From Phoronis australis (lineage: Eukaryota; Animalia; Phoronida), in the NCBI GenBank assembly GCA_002633005.1, contig NMRA01000903.1, positions 40,094-104,093 of the forward strand: DNA of 64,000 nucleotides, given 5' to 3'. The position numbers were made by a program, and so were the translations under genes. Below the pieces are notes generated by a model that was not told where the DNA came from, searched no databases, and saw nothing but the letters and a program-made list of their open reading frames with translations. Below, one piece after another: positions 36,622-49,400 of the stretch; the stretch's first letter is position 1; every line of letters starts with the position of its first letter.

Positions 36622-39439
36622 TGGTGGTATCCGGAGAACGAGGGGCTGAGGGGCGGAGGTGTTGGCGATAGGAAGGGGGAGGGGTAGTTTGTCGAAGTCA
36701 AATTGGTTTGTGCCCCACAATATTTTTTGCCTTCCTACGGGCCTGTGCTTTTGGTTGGCAATTAACCAACCAACAAACTCAATTGATGCCTTTTACTTTC
36801 CTCTCCCTTTGGAACATTTTACCATTTTACCACCAGATGGGGCACGTATTGGGTTTGGATGTCAATCAGCTAACCCAAACTCACTACCTGTTTACTGTTT
36901 TCACGACTTAACCACCAGAAGGGTAAGCTATTGGTTGTTGGCCGTCAACCAACTAACTCTAGCTCACTAGGCCACGTTATAAGATTCCGTGCTAGGTGGA
37001 TTGAACAGGGGGAAATCCATCCCAATACTTCGCCAATTTAAAAAGAAGAAATTACTTTAAAAAATGTAATGAAGTCAATAAATTGCGAAGGAAACATTAT
37101 CACAAGTCAGACCGATTTGCTGTCAGAATTCTATAGTTTTCATGTATCGCTTTACAGCTGTTAAAATAACAATCTGTATGAAGTTGACTTGCGTTCGTTA
37201 CTATCGGCCATGGGTCCCAAGCTCACAGGGCATGAACACGAGGCGCTTGAGAAAGAAATTTCAGCCAAGGAAGCTCTTGAAACATTGCGATATAAGAAAA
37301 ACAACAAAATGTCAAATCCTGATGGCTTCTCATCAGAGTTTTTCATTTTTTGGAAAGATGTTTCTGTCTTTATGGTGAGATGGTTCAATAAAAGTTTCAA
37401 ATTCGCTTGCTTACATGATCACCAATATCAAAGTGTAATTTATATTATTTGTAAGGGAAAAAAGATGGCTTCTTGGCAACTTGTGCCCCATCTCCCTATT
37501 AAATATGAGCTGCAATGTTCCTTTGGGCCGTATTGCCCAAGGTATTAAATCAGTCAATTAATAAGCTAATACGTAACGAGCAGTCGTGATTTATAAAGGG
37601 AAGATTAATTGGAGAAAATACGAGAACAATACAATGTACATGTATACGAACTACATGTACTTCATTTCACGGGGGAATATACATGTAGTATCCCAGGCTT
37701 TTAGTAAGGGTATATTTCGAAAGAGCTTCTTATTCTGCCTCATGAATCTTTATATACAACACTTTGTTTTTTATAATTGCAAAAAAATTCTTGAATTGGG
37801 CTCGCTTTCTGAACCAGAGTGCAAAATTTTGTATTATTCAACAAGGGTACACGTCTGTTTTTTTAAATTGGTCGCGGCTGCCATCAAAGAGACCCTCTCT
37901 CTCCCTATCTGTTCATTGTTTGTGTCAAGGTTATGGCCACAATATTTCGCCAAATTAATAAAGCATATGGTATCACTATAGGCTCACTGTAGTATGCCGA
38001 TGATACATTTCTTTGTTTGTATGGCTCTAACGAATCACTAAAACATTCTGTGAATTTGTTGGACCAGCTTTGCAAGTTCTCTGTTTGAAATTCAACCTTG
38101 AAAAATTCATTGTATATGGATTGGTTCAATGAAACTCATTTTATTACACTTGTGCCCAGAATTTGATCTCTACTGGCGTAGAGATTCATTTAGCCTCCTT
38201 GGTATCAACTTTTTATTAATCTAAGAAAAATGTTAATTACATATAATAACTATGATGACAAAATTCGTGAGGAAAGATCAACGTCAACAAAGTTCTCCTT
38301 AAGCAATATGCAACGGTCATTAAAGGAGAATTCAACCAAGAAAAACAATCTGTTTTGTATCAATTTAGATCGAGTAGTTCCATTCGATAACAGCAAGTAC
38401 AGTTCTTTTACCCGACACTTGTACGCACACGGAGTTGTTGAAATTAACCAATGACGTGAGAGGTTCGAACGCAGTTCACGACAGGCTTACTGGGTATCAG
38501 TTTATCGCTTGAATTTATCGTTTTACACCTATTAAGCATCATGTAAAACCTTTGCAAATACGTCGACTTATTGAACAAACGTGTTGTTTTATTTCGTTGT
38601 TACGCATTTATAGGTATTTGAACGTACCGTAGCCTACAAAGTTCGGTAGGCCAATTTACCAAGGGCGGTCACGGGAGTTAGTGGAGTCTGTTCGGTGATA
38701 AATTCGAATTATTCGTGCGTAAAATACAGCCAGGAGAACATAACTGTGTGTTGTAATTTTACACTTGCGGTTTGTTTCAGTTCTAAACACATAAAACGCT
38801 TGTTATCCCGGCCAGTGGCTCGGAACCCAATCAGGCCAGTCGCAGCCGGACTGAAGACATCATGACGAACATAAACCAGCCAAAATTGGAAACTAAACTT
38901 TCAGTCAAGAAACGACTATATTAGTGAGTCAAATAAATAATGTGCACGTGATTATTTTGTTGAATTAGCCGTGAAACTGCAAATCTACTAACTAGCTCGT
39001 CGGAAACCGCAGTCAGGTTACCTTTCCACAGAACCGTCAGGGAAAAATTTGTACAGTGGCAATAATTCCAATAATGTATGTGAATATCTAAATAAAGATT
39101 CCCCTAACACGTGACCATAGGATATAAAATCGAGTTATTGTTTCACAACAGCTTTCTGTCAGCAAACACCGAAATAGGATGCGCTCAAACGGCCTCGGTG
39201 CCCGGTCAATTAGTTCGTTGAATCTAAAGCCGGTAACGCAGCGATTTATTCATTGCGGATTTCTCAAAAAATTTGCACTCAAGAACACTCCAGGGGCGTT
39301 ACAAATTGTATCTAATTAGACAGATTTTGATTCAGTTTATATAAGCATTGGTTAGGGTGAGAATAATCCATTTTGAAACAGAACGCACAGTAGTAAACTT
39401 CAAAGGGGCAACTCGCAATCCCGACTTGGACAAGTGCTC

Positions 39440-39830
39440 ATCAGACGAAGACTTCACAGGTCGATCGATAGGTTTCGCAGGCTATCAGTTCAAACAGGAA
39501 TACACTGATCAAGAAATATTAGAGAGGCGCCGTGAACGTGCACACAACGGAACATATTGGTAGTTGGGAAAACTGTTTGAATGACTGGCTTGGCATGGTG
39601 TCAGTGCGCTAACTGCACGATAATGGAAACGACAGACGCTTGCGTTTGCTGTCACAAAATTCCGCAATGAAACGCCTTCTTGGAGAAGCGCAGATGTGTC
39701 TCACGGAGCATCTTGATTTTGCTTCGCATCTAAACAGAGGTCATGTGTGCTTACGAAGTTTTTTAGGGATGGGAAAAAGAACTGGCGAAAACATCCTACA
39801 CGCAGACTACCAAACAGAAGCCTGACGAAC
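39440..39830 (+). pseudogene. Kolobok accessory protein relic (KolX, P2RX7-C-terminal-like Cys-rich)
   Basis: GYQFKQEYTDQE, then WCQCANCTIMETTDACVCCH, then CLTEHLDF, in shifting frames. Confidence 0.72.
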
Positions 39831-39974
39831 GGGTCAGTCATCAAACATTATGTTTTCATGCCTTGAATTAATTGTAATTGGTTATGTTTTAATGGCCAAT
39901 TACAATTCTCCATAATCAAAAACTGATCAGCAATCGATCCGCGTTTCTTTGTCTCCTGCTTGTCGAACGCAAAC

Positions 39975-40268
39975 ACACTATAGGCACAACATCAGACTTC
40001 AGCATCAGTCTCTTTTTCTGCCCTGGCATGAGCTATTTGGTAAGCCGGCATTCCATCGTCAGTGAAATCACTGTCGATGAATGCCGGCCACAGACACGGA
40101 GAAGTTTCACGGCCTCATACTTGGTATTAACAGCGTACTTTTCATTCTTCACTACCGCGAGCCACTTCCAAAGCATGATGAGCTCTCGAGGAAGTCGAAA
40201 AAACGACATACACGCCTTCCTCGCAAGTTCATAGTTCGCTCAAGCGGGAGCGATACCTCACGCCATAG
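39975..40268 (-). pseudogene. THAP domain relic (N-terminus of the Kolobok transposase)
   Basis: MA*GIAPA*AN..SFFRLPRE..KWLAVVK..LRVCGRH and LKSDVVPI give a degenerate C2CH, F-P, W and AVPTI pattern. Confidence 0.72.
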
Positions 40269-40789
40269 CGGCACTCACTGCAGAAGAACCAGTGACGTTG
40301 CTGCGCCGTTTCTCACCTTCCTCACGGGTTAATGCGACACTTCTCGGCGAGGTAAACTCGACGGTATACGAGGTGATGTGGATATATACCGACAAAAATG
40401 GTAAAAAGACTAATTGAATAGGGTGGCATTCTCCTTTAAATCTTTTGTCCAGCCAAAATTGGTCAATCTATTGACAACATTGCCCTCACTGTCTGAATTG
40501 AATTGCTTGATAGACTATTTTATTGTTTCATCTGGGACAAAAAACCTGACAAAATTACGAGAACTACCTTCATTAAAGATTTTTCGCTGGGAGAGTACGA
40601 AATGGTTCATCCACAAATCCGCCCACTTGATTTGATTTGCAAGATATTAGTGTGGGCGATGTTATAACGCGTCAGCTTCGTTCAACATCTTTATTCTTGA
40701 AGTGGCGGTTATCTACAAACGATAAATAAAGTTTATCAGACAACAGAACCAAACAATGTTCTCAAAACGTTACCCAATAATCAATATGG

Positions 40790-40870
40790 TTAGCATACGG
40801 GACTCGAACTCGCATCAAACGAAACCATCACAACGCAGCCGTTGCAGTTCAACAATTAAACATTAGGCAT
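40790..40870 (-). repeat. Possible tRNA-derived SINE head
   Basis: B-box-like gagttcgagtcccg on the - strand with a weak upstream A-box. It does not fold convincingly into a tRNA. Confidence 0.3.
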
Positions 40871-41189
40871 ACAATATCCAGCAGACCTACATGAATCGAC
40901 TGAACGTTAAGCCTAAGTGAATAACATGTACTTACTGGAGTTTTCCGCGTGGCTCAGCTAATGATCTCTCTACAGTGACTACATGCCGAGAACCAATATT
41001 CGAACTGGGCGCTGTAAATGACCACTCAAGCTAAAAACCATCAAACAGTGCCCTGATTGGTTAGATGACAATGGTAACATATACAAAGCCAATAAATAAT
41101 TACTTAGGAGCGGTGTTAGACCACAGTTACGATGCCCCCTGGAAACGCCCTAAGAGTACATACAACGCTCCCTAGTAGACATAAAGTGT

Positions 41190-41490
41190 CCTATCAAAGG
41201 ACTGATGGTCGTGCATTAACACAAGACTTTCTCCCACTGTGTCTACCCCCTTGCTGTCCCATCTGGACTGCTCGAGAATACCTTTATTCGTTGTCTGACT
41301 ATCTAACCTCCCTTATTATTCTATATATGTCTGGGTCTTTAGATCTTTTCCGTGTTGGCTTTCCAGTGTTGTACCCCAGTCCTTGCCTACCCTGGCTAGC
41401 TGTTCCTATCCATTGCTTGTGCCTCAGCCAACCTTCTGCTTCGCTGATTGCCGACGTGGTGGACCACTTTCTGCCGGTGCGCGAATAAAA
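41190..41490 (-). pseudogene. Hero/NeSL-like non-LTR retrotransposon fragment (post-RT region)
   Basis: RTGRKWSTTSAISEAEGWLRHKQWIGTASQGRQGLG, followed by AVQMGQQG. Confidence 0.72.
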
Positions 41491-41523
41491 CATCAAAGCG
41501 ACCCCCGACTAAAAGTTAAGGCT

Positions 41524-41671
41524 CATGGGCGGCGCAGCTGTGAAATAAGTGAGGGGGCTTCCAGCTGCTACATGTATGGTGCGCCACCCATGTTACACAT
41601 GATTCCCAGAACTGAAAAAATCTAGGTGGAGGGTTATAGCACCCCCAGCCCCCTATGGTGCGCCGCCCACG
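41524..41671. mobile_element. CATGGGCGGCG-type MITE with 5-bp TSD (hAT5-like)
   Basis: aggct|catgggcggcgca ... tgcgccgcccacg|aggct. Confidence 0.78.
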
Positions 41672-42249
41672 AGGCTGAGGTAATAAAGTTTAATGACCCG
41701 TCAATTGTTAGTGTACGAAGGTCCTACAATGGGACAAGCTACGTAAGCAGATTTTATATTGAAAAATACACTGAATGATGTTGTGCGAAACAGGAAACTT
41801 CCCTTTGTAAAACGCCTCGCTTTCGAGTTTTCCTTCACCAGGCTCTGCTGCGTTATGCAAGGCCAGTCCACTCTCGTCTTATTTGTGAGTAGCGCACTTC
41901 GTAGTAACGTGTACACAGGTAAGTATAACTTGTGACCTTATAACGCTATTTAACCAGGGCCTATTTTAGCATACCGGCTTCTGTCAAATGTTTGTAATGC
42001 AAAAGAATTTAATCACTTTGTTTAGGCACATGCCTTTGCTGCTCTTTTGTGGGGGTCATGTGATATAAACTGGCCAGAATTTCATTCTAGTGCGATAAAA
42101 TGGACCAAAATATAAGTTCCTCAGAGTTCACCATAGGCGGACTTAGAAGACTTGTTCCGAAGGCGACCTAAAAATAAGGTCTCCGCGAGCATTTTCCCTA
42201 CTAGAATTGTAGTTGGGCCCCTTTGTAACATCCTAGATCGTGCAATAAT

Positions 42250-42830
42250 CTGTTTAATTGTATACTTTCAATGGGTACTTCTCCAGAAAAATGATCAAGT
42301 TTCTTCGAATAGCACTCATTTATTCTCTGAAGCAGAAATATGGAGTACTAGACATAGAGAAGAAGTTGAAATTGTTCGAACGAAATTCTGTAAATGGTTA
42401 CTGTCAACACTGTCAACGCTATAACAAAGGAGAGTGTGGCCGTCGTGATTTATCTGTGTCTTTTATGTGTAGGTCTGTAAAATGTTTCTGAATATATTGA
42501 AAATGTAAAAAGATAGACTTCAAAGGCAATGTTTCTCCTGTTACACGAAAAGGCAATTGCAGGGTCAAAATAATTGGTGTACCCCATTTAAAAATTGTTG
42601 TACTCAGCTGGTTTCGGTAATGTATGGTTGATTCAGGGCGTCAGTGATTAACAATATTTTTGTCGGAATTCAAAAAAGTCCGAGATATTTTAACTTCCAA
42701 AGTTGGTTGTCGGTGGTGGACAATACAAATAAGCGTGAATTTTTCACAGGAGTTAAGTCTGAGTTGTCTTGTGAAGAGTATTTATTTGGGGAGATGACGC
42801 ACCAGCAGATATTTTACATAGCGAACATTA
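42250..42830 (+). pseudogene. Non-LTR retrotransposon RT C-terminal relic (CR1/L2/RTEX-like)
   Basis: AEIWSTRHREEVEIVRTKFCKWLL and GECGR resemble EIWG..IE.VH.KFCK..L...GE.GR. Confidence 0.65.
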
Positions 42831-43678
42831 AGAATTGTTCTAAAACCCCCACAAACCCCTCGACCCCCACAAACCCCTCGACCCACGACTCCCTCGACCC
42901 ACAAACCCCCAAGATCGACCACCCTCTCGACCCACGACCTTTTGCGCTTTTTACACATTTCATAATCATATTACATGACTTTAATTACCACAACACATAA
43001 TATATACACGAGAATATGCTCTGGCTCAATCTGGCGGTTAAAACAGAAAGTGGCGTGAGAATGTGATCTGAATTAGCAGATTGTTGGCGTGTTGTCACGG
43101 AAATAGTTCCACGAGGGGTTAACAATGGCCCTGTTCTACTAAACTTAGGGAGATAGTACGTTAACCTGAATGTACATAATTTTACATTTTTATTATTTGC
43201 TTTCTGTTGTACACTTGTTTACAATATACTCCACACAATGTTGAGATACTTGTTACTAATCAGTTTGTTTTCTCAAACTCTATTTAGTGATGAAATTTCA
43301 TTTTTGTCGGCTCCTTGCACTCTCCGCAAAAAGTTTGAATCTGCCATTGACTGAAGAGCAGATGAGACGAGTAAGCACTGCCGGGAACGACATTTGTAAC
43401 GTTAGCAGGTCTTTGATTTGATTTGGTCGCATTTTTCTTTCTGGTTTTGGCTTTCAAATTTGCCGAATCGACTCTCTTAATTGGAAAAAAAAACAGGAAA
43501 AATCCGGACAAGCTCACAGCCCAACTCGTTGGTCCAGCACGTCAACGTTTGTTCTATGTTCAGATCGAGTTGAGGTTGTATGGATTGGGTTGAGGGGGTT
43601 GTGGGTCGCGGAAGACGAGAGTCGACGGGGTTGTGGGGTGTGGGGGTCGACGAGGTCGATGTAGTCTTAGAACAATCT
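42831..43678. mobile_element. Non-autonomous TIR element with 8-bp TSD and subterminal acccctcgaccc-type repeats (hAT- or MULE-like)
   Basis: gaacatta|agaattgttctaa ... ttagaacaatct|gaacatta. C-rich short repeats on the left mirror G-rich ones on the right. Confidence 0.8.
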
Positions 43679-43704
43679 GAACATTAGCAGCAGATTTCTT
43701 AATT

Positions 43705-43940
43705 GTCATTTAAAGTTAAACATGGTTTAAATTGGTTTTAGACCAGGTTTAAATATTATCTGCATTTCATTAAGGTGGTTTAACTATTAGAGCAATGGTC
43801 CAGTAAAACCTCGTTTAACTTCAGTTTAGACCTGGTCTAAGTTAGTTTTCATGTCACCAACGAGGTCTATATTCCTTAGACCTGTACTAAGATGTTAAAC
43901 CAGGTTTAACTTTAGACTTGGTCAGACCCAGGCTTAATAC
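43705..43940. repeat. Cluster of short palindromic repeats (taaaccaggttta / tagacctggtcta), MITE-like
   Basis: Multiple variants of tta.acc.ggt.taa. Confidence 0.55.
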
Positions 43941-44590
43941 TCCTAAATATGTCATGCTTGCACGATATAGGAGCAACAGGGCTATTCGACAAATTTTACA
44001 TTACTAGAGGGCGCGCGTGTGCTAGTGGTGATAGATTAAGGAGCATCGATTTCTCGAGCCCTCAATACATGCATAAATGACTTTCAGCCGTGCCCACTAA
44101 ATATGAAATGGTAGGAAAAGGATATGCTTCTACGAGAGGAAGTAAGCATGATCTCATAGAAGGGTAAGGTTTGTGATTATTTTAACGATTATTTCATGTT
44201 TACAACACCGATGGCTGTTAACTGAGTTACCGTCCGATGTCGACTTCCCGGTAGTCGCCAGTCGGGTTAATCATTGTTTGTTGTGAAGCTTACGATACTT
44301 TACGTAGCACTCGGGACATTTTCGTACGTCAAAGCAGTATTATTGTTTAGAATGATTTCTAACAGGCTTATCAGTGACAGTTACATCAATTAATGCTGAA
44401 TGCTTATGCTGTCAACTCGATATTGGTTAGTGAGGTAAGACTACAATACCAATACAAGCCCCGGCAAAGGCTACTTGACAAATATCCATTAGACTACATG
44501 TACATGTATTTGTTTACTCGTCCGGAAATCTATTACACGTTGACATGGAAATATATCATGTCTGTTTTCACAAGAGCTTCGTGTTTTTAG

Positions 44591-46160
44591 GTTTGAGGGG
44601 TAGTGCCGTGCAGAGGAGATGTGCATCGCTTCTGCAACCGTCCCTGAATGGCCAAAAGTTGGTTTTAAGCAGTTGACTGCAGCAATGAGCTGGTGCTCAT
44701 TGACTGCAGCTAACCAGAAAAATCTTCCTATCCAGTGCAGATTTGTTAATTCTATATCGGAGACAGAGAACAAAGCCTTTGAAAAAGGAGAGCTATTTTT
44801 AAAGAAAGGTAGTTAAGTTGTTTTGTTAATTTACTTATTCAAGTCCATAGCGGGAGGTTGGCATACGGGGTTGGGGCTGTAAACTTTGGTGCAACTGGAT
44901 GTGTCGAAATAACAGATAATAGTGCCCGGTGGAAAGAGTACGGTGAGGTAATTCTTAACCTTCATAGAGTGATTTCAAGTTTCATGAAACTGTTTTGCTA
45001 TTCATTGTAAACTCATAAAAATATATTCTATTTTCTTAATTCTCAATGACTGAACAGTCTTAACTCTAGCCTTGAAATGTTCAACTCGTTTATAAACTTA
45101 TTTGACTGCCATTTTTTGTGAAAATTGCATTTTTGCTGTGAACATACGAGTGAGGTCGTATTTGAACGTATCATTCTTGCTGACAATGCGCAAGCAATGG
45201 TGCCTTAGGATTTTTAATTAATCTTAAAATACAGAAAGGTTATCCATCATTTTAAAAGGCCCAAGTCTTCAAATCTTCTATTGGAAGAAAAATTAAAAAT
45301 CCCTCAGCCTGAGACCAGAAGTGTGCTTGACTGACCCATGAATCTGTAATCGGTTTTTAAAATTGCTGAAAGTATCAAAAATCAAAAGGCTTGAAAATGG
45401 GTAACAAGGGTTTGAAATTGTGTCAAATAACTTGCATATTTTGCAGACAAAAAGTTTAAAGAATTGTTATGGCTGAAAAATAAAGACGCAGTCCTATACA
45501 AATCAATACTTTCTGGTAATAGTAATTATTTAATTTATGTTTGAAATTGTAAAGCATTTGCCATATAATATTTTCGAAAATCAAGGCCAACATTTTGACC
45601 CAACCTGACGTACTTAATTATTAATGTTTCAATATTTGTTTCAGATTCAGCTACATTTTTAATGCCACTTCAAGCCGCAGCATAGACAAGCTTTGTTACT
45701 CCTTTCTTTTCCCACAGCATGTCATCCACACACCAGCAGTGCTGCATGGCACAATGTGCAAGCCAGTGGCCCTGGAGAAATGTGAATCGCAGAACTACAT
45801 GTAAGTTGTCCTAAGAAAATGTGGCAGTGGATTTTTTGTATGTGAAAAGGAACTATACCTGACTGCTACACCAGCCATGCAGCCTCATTGGTGAGGATTC
45901 CCTTTTATAGGCAAAGAGTCACGTGTGGACAACAATGGCTTGTTTCCTTTCCTGGAAGAAACATAACGGACTGAAGCTAAAGAAGACCTAGTAACACTCT
46001 GGTCTAGTTCCGGTTTTGGGCACAAAGCGAGTCAAGTGGTATGATGTTGGGTTTAACATCAAGGATCTAATTGTGGACGTTATTGAGGCTGAATGAGGTT
46101 ACATGAAGGAAAGCCGAAACTGGACCTTTTTTACAAGCGCTTCTATAGGCCATTGAAGCT
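44591..46160 (+). pseudogene. YqaJ/lambda-exonuclease-like gene relic, spliced and frameshifted
   Basis: Exon 44591-~44808 contains ENKAFEKGELFL. After the acceptor at 45643 come GSGFFVCEKELYLTATP (cf. SGL....P.LGASPD), VKWYD, KDLIVDVIE and PKLDLFYKRFYRP. Confidence 0.6.
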
Positions 46161-46859
46161 CGATCCCAGTGAAATGAAAACCAAAAGCATCTGGTATAAA
46201 TACCTTGTCTTTCTCACTGACTGACATTAACTTTTCCTTTCAGAAGGAAGGCTTTATACTAATGGTAAAAACGTTTCTATTTGCTTGGCATTATGCGGAA
46301 ATGACATTCAGTGACAGCATCGATTGTCAAATTGTCAGTAAAAAGCCCGTTAATGTTACACTTTGATGATCGAATAAATTTTTTATCAACACTCAAGTTT
46401 GTCACTAATTATTCAAACCACAATATTTCTTCAGTTTTAAAGCCCCATACAGAGCTGTTGTGCTGGTTCTTTATAAAGTTGAAATGATTACCGAATACGC
46501 TTGCCAATTGTCATTTTCTTGTTGATCTATAGAAATGTACGGCGATCAAAACGAAGCATTCCCTTTGTTTGCATTTGATTTGTTTAAGTGAGAAACTATT
46601 TCAGAGCTTTCTTAAGAAAGCCTTTGAACAGTTTCATGTTTTGTGTTAACTTGTCTATAAAGTTCCACATGTAAGCAAATTATGTTTTTATAGAATCTGC
46701 TATGAACAAAGTTCGAGAACAAACAGTAATCTGTGTATTGAGAAAAACAAACTGAACAACTACATACAAACAAAAGAACAACGTTATTTGTTAAAAACAA
46801 CTGCAATTTTCCCAATGCAACAGTCTATAATCAGTGATATCAAGGGCTGAATTCATGAA

Positions 46860-47832
46860 TTGAGAGGTTCACTTCTCTCAGTTTATTGCTGAAGGACTGC
46901 TTTTCACTTTGTCGATAGGTAAGATAGACGGTAAGGCGGCTGACTTTAGTCGTTTTCTCTCACCTGTAACGGAATAGTCAGAAAAATATTAGCAAATTAT
47001 AAAAGAAAACAAAAACAAAAGAACTTTTGTAAGGCAGAACTTACTTGACATTTCATCTTCATGTTTACATGTAGACACTAATAATCTTTGTACCCAAGTT
47101 TTATTTAAGTTAAATTATGTGAAATTGGCTAAAAGTGATTTAAGGGGTGTGTATTTTTCATGACATCTAAAATGTGTTTCTGATCTCAACAAATAAAATT
47201 CATTCTAGGTGTCATTATTTATTCCAATGCAATGTTACGAATTTACTGAATAGCTCATTCATGTTAATTCGGTAACTATAATCTGGTAGTCCTGGGGGTG
47301 TGATCTGCTATAAAATAAGGAAACTCACTCATTTAGAGAATTTCGTTGGACATAGAATAGTTTTGAAGAGTAACTGCTGTGGAAAAGTCACCCTTGACTT
47401 CTGAGCGGCACGTTCCATACACCTCTTATATTGGGAGTACTCCCAACCAAGACAATATGTGAATATGTGCTGCTAGCCTAACATCCAGGTGCCGGGTGAG
47501 TTTCTGAAGAGAAACACTTAGTTCCACAGAATAAACCGATTATTCGGTGGGATAACTTGTGGGGAAAACATCACTGAGCGATGTCAATGGAAGGTGATTG
47601 TTAAAAACTTACCAAATAACTTTATTGTGTAGTCTCAAACTGGAAATGCATAGAGCACACACACACGCGGCGTGACGCTTCTTCATCCAAACACGTTTTG
47701 TCAGTTGGTTGACCCTTTTGACCGAAATTCTCCAGGCCCGTAGTAACCTTAGGTCTTTTGGAAATTTGTGACCACCTGTCGAAGATTTGCACCCGGGAAA
47801 ATAGCAATAATAAGGCTTAGCGCGACGACGTA
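46860..47832 (-). pseudogene. Two-exon THAP domain relic (about 47832-47613 and 46963-46860)
   Basis: YCYFPGCKSSTGGHKFPKDLRLLRAWRISVKR...VCSMHF, donor gtaagt, then ttacag|G ERKRLKSAALPSI (AVPTI box). Confidence 0.8.
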
Positions 47833-48559
47833 TTTTGATAACAATTCCGTTTTTTTTTTTACCAGCTGTTTACATGAAACAGCGACGCGTGCGCAATTCA
47901 ATCACCACTAGTACAGCGGCGACACTGCGTCTAACATCCGCATTGAATGAAGCCGCGGTGTGCATTTACGACGTTGTTTAGAGCGAGAATGGAATATTTT
48001 CAATTTTCAGTTTTACAACAACACAAGCTTAAACGTAGCAAAAGCGGATCCAGGATTTTTTAAAAGGGGGAAATCAAAAGGCGGCAAGCAATTTCTACAT
48101 ATTTCCTTACTCCGTGTAGAAGGCGAGATATCCTTGTCACTTCTGTTAAACAGGGTAAACGGTTAGGTGTCGATGAATAGCTACATAGGCAAGTATATAC
48201 AAAATGGCGGACTATCTGGCTAGTCTGGCTGCTTAGAGAACAACACCGTCATCACGCAACTAATGGTTATGAAAAACGCTCAATGGTCTGGCTAGATATG
48301 GTTAATGCGTACGCATCAAACCCTCATAACGCTCATGCGCAGAACAGGGAAGCAACGACTATGTGCCATTTTTCTGACAGATTCAGGGCTTTGACTGAGT
48401 CTTACTACATTTCAATCCGTATGTGATTCACCAATGACTGTTTCACTACAGAATGACAGATGCTAGAAAAAGGAATTCTTACATGGTGCACTATCTGCAT
48501 CATGCTCTTCATATCGGCGATAAACCTCAAATTGTGCAAAGCGAGGACGGAGTGAATGG

Positions 48560-49400
48560 GTCTAGTGCTTGGATACAGGAAAGTTCTGTCGTTGGGCATT
48601 TGTAGATGACATTACTGTCATGGCTGAGTTATTTGCAAGGAAACGTAGCATTGTGACGACTTTAGGAGGACTAGCTGAGTGGGTGAGGAAGGAGTTCAAA
48701 CCAGAGAAGTCTAGAATTTTGATGATACATAAAGGATCCCAACAAAGGGCGACGACGTTTAAGCTGTCGGAAAAAGGAATTCCACCAATTTCAGAGAAAT
48801 CTGTTACATGCTTGAAGAAGGTGTGCGATTGAACCTTGAATGTTGTCAGCAATGTAAGAGGGATTAAAGACCAGCTGAGAACCTGGCTGTCAAAGATCGA
48901 AAGAAGAGGAATACCTACATGTAACAAGTTTAAGTTACTAGCAGGGTCTTTTGCCAAGATTATTGTGGCCCTTTTTGGTGCACGAGGTTACGGGCTCGGC
49001 TGAGGTGATGGAAAGAGCAGCGAGCAGGTGCCTACGACGGTGGATGGGAGTGCCACCCAGTTTCAGTGGCATTTAGCTGTAAAGCTGGTCAACGGAAGTA
49101 ATTCTACCAGTTTCATCAATTGCAGAATAGTACAAGGCGGCGAGAGTTATAGCTATGGTGACACTACGTGATAATGAGGACCCGGCCATCAAGCATAGTA
49201 TCATCAGGGCACCACATGGAAGAAGCTGGAAAGTGCGGTTGTAGAAGCTGAGAGCAGAGCAAGGCATCAACTGATAGTAGGAACGGTGTGCTGTGGAAGA
49301 CAGTGACTAGGGTATTCTAAAAACAAAAACGTGCCTTCCAAGAAAGAACAAAAAACCGCATAGTACAGGAGATGAGAAACTCTAAAGAAGAGCATAGGTA
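48560..49400 (+). pseudogene. Hero/NeSL-like non-LTR retrotransposon RT fragment
   Basis: AFVDDITV, EWVRKEFKPEKSR, LPRLLWPFLVHEV, CLRRWMGVP, AESRARH and VGTVCCGRQ*LG. Confidence 0.82.

Larger units (their letters stand above)
38324..40435. mobile_element. Internally deleted Kolobok DNA transposon
   Basis: TTAA|aggagaattcaacc ... ggtggcattctcct|TTAA (TIR 12/14, RR start). Carries convergent THAP and KolX-like relics. The host L1 reading frame is restored on removal. Confidence 0.85.
37040..40640 (+). pseudogene. Heavily decayed L1/Tx1 ORF2 relic interrupted by a Kolobok element
   Basis: Motifs EISAKEALETL..KNNK..PDGFSSEFF..FW, QRDPLSPYLF and YADD near 37992. TVIK|SFVQPKL...FIWDKKPDKI is continuous across the TTAA insertion site (38323/40440). 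Confidence 0.85.
43980..48180. mobile_element. Decayed ISL2EU-like (PIF/Harbinger-related) element with convergent YqaJ (+) and THAP (-) gene relics; boundaries approximate
   Basis: YqaJ and THAP motifs listed in the next two features. Inverted subterminal similarity: ctagtggtgat near 44021 and atcaccactag near 47901. Confidence 0.6.

Noticed and set aside
39440-39830. Host P2X7 receptor gene
   Set aside because: Only the Cys-rich module is present, it is frameshifted, and it lies inside Kolobok TIRs.
40790-40870. Functional tRNA gene
   Set aside because: Only a B-box/T-arm is convincing. The acceptor and D stems do not pair.
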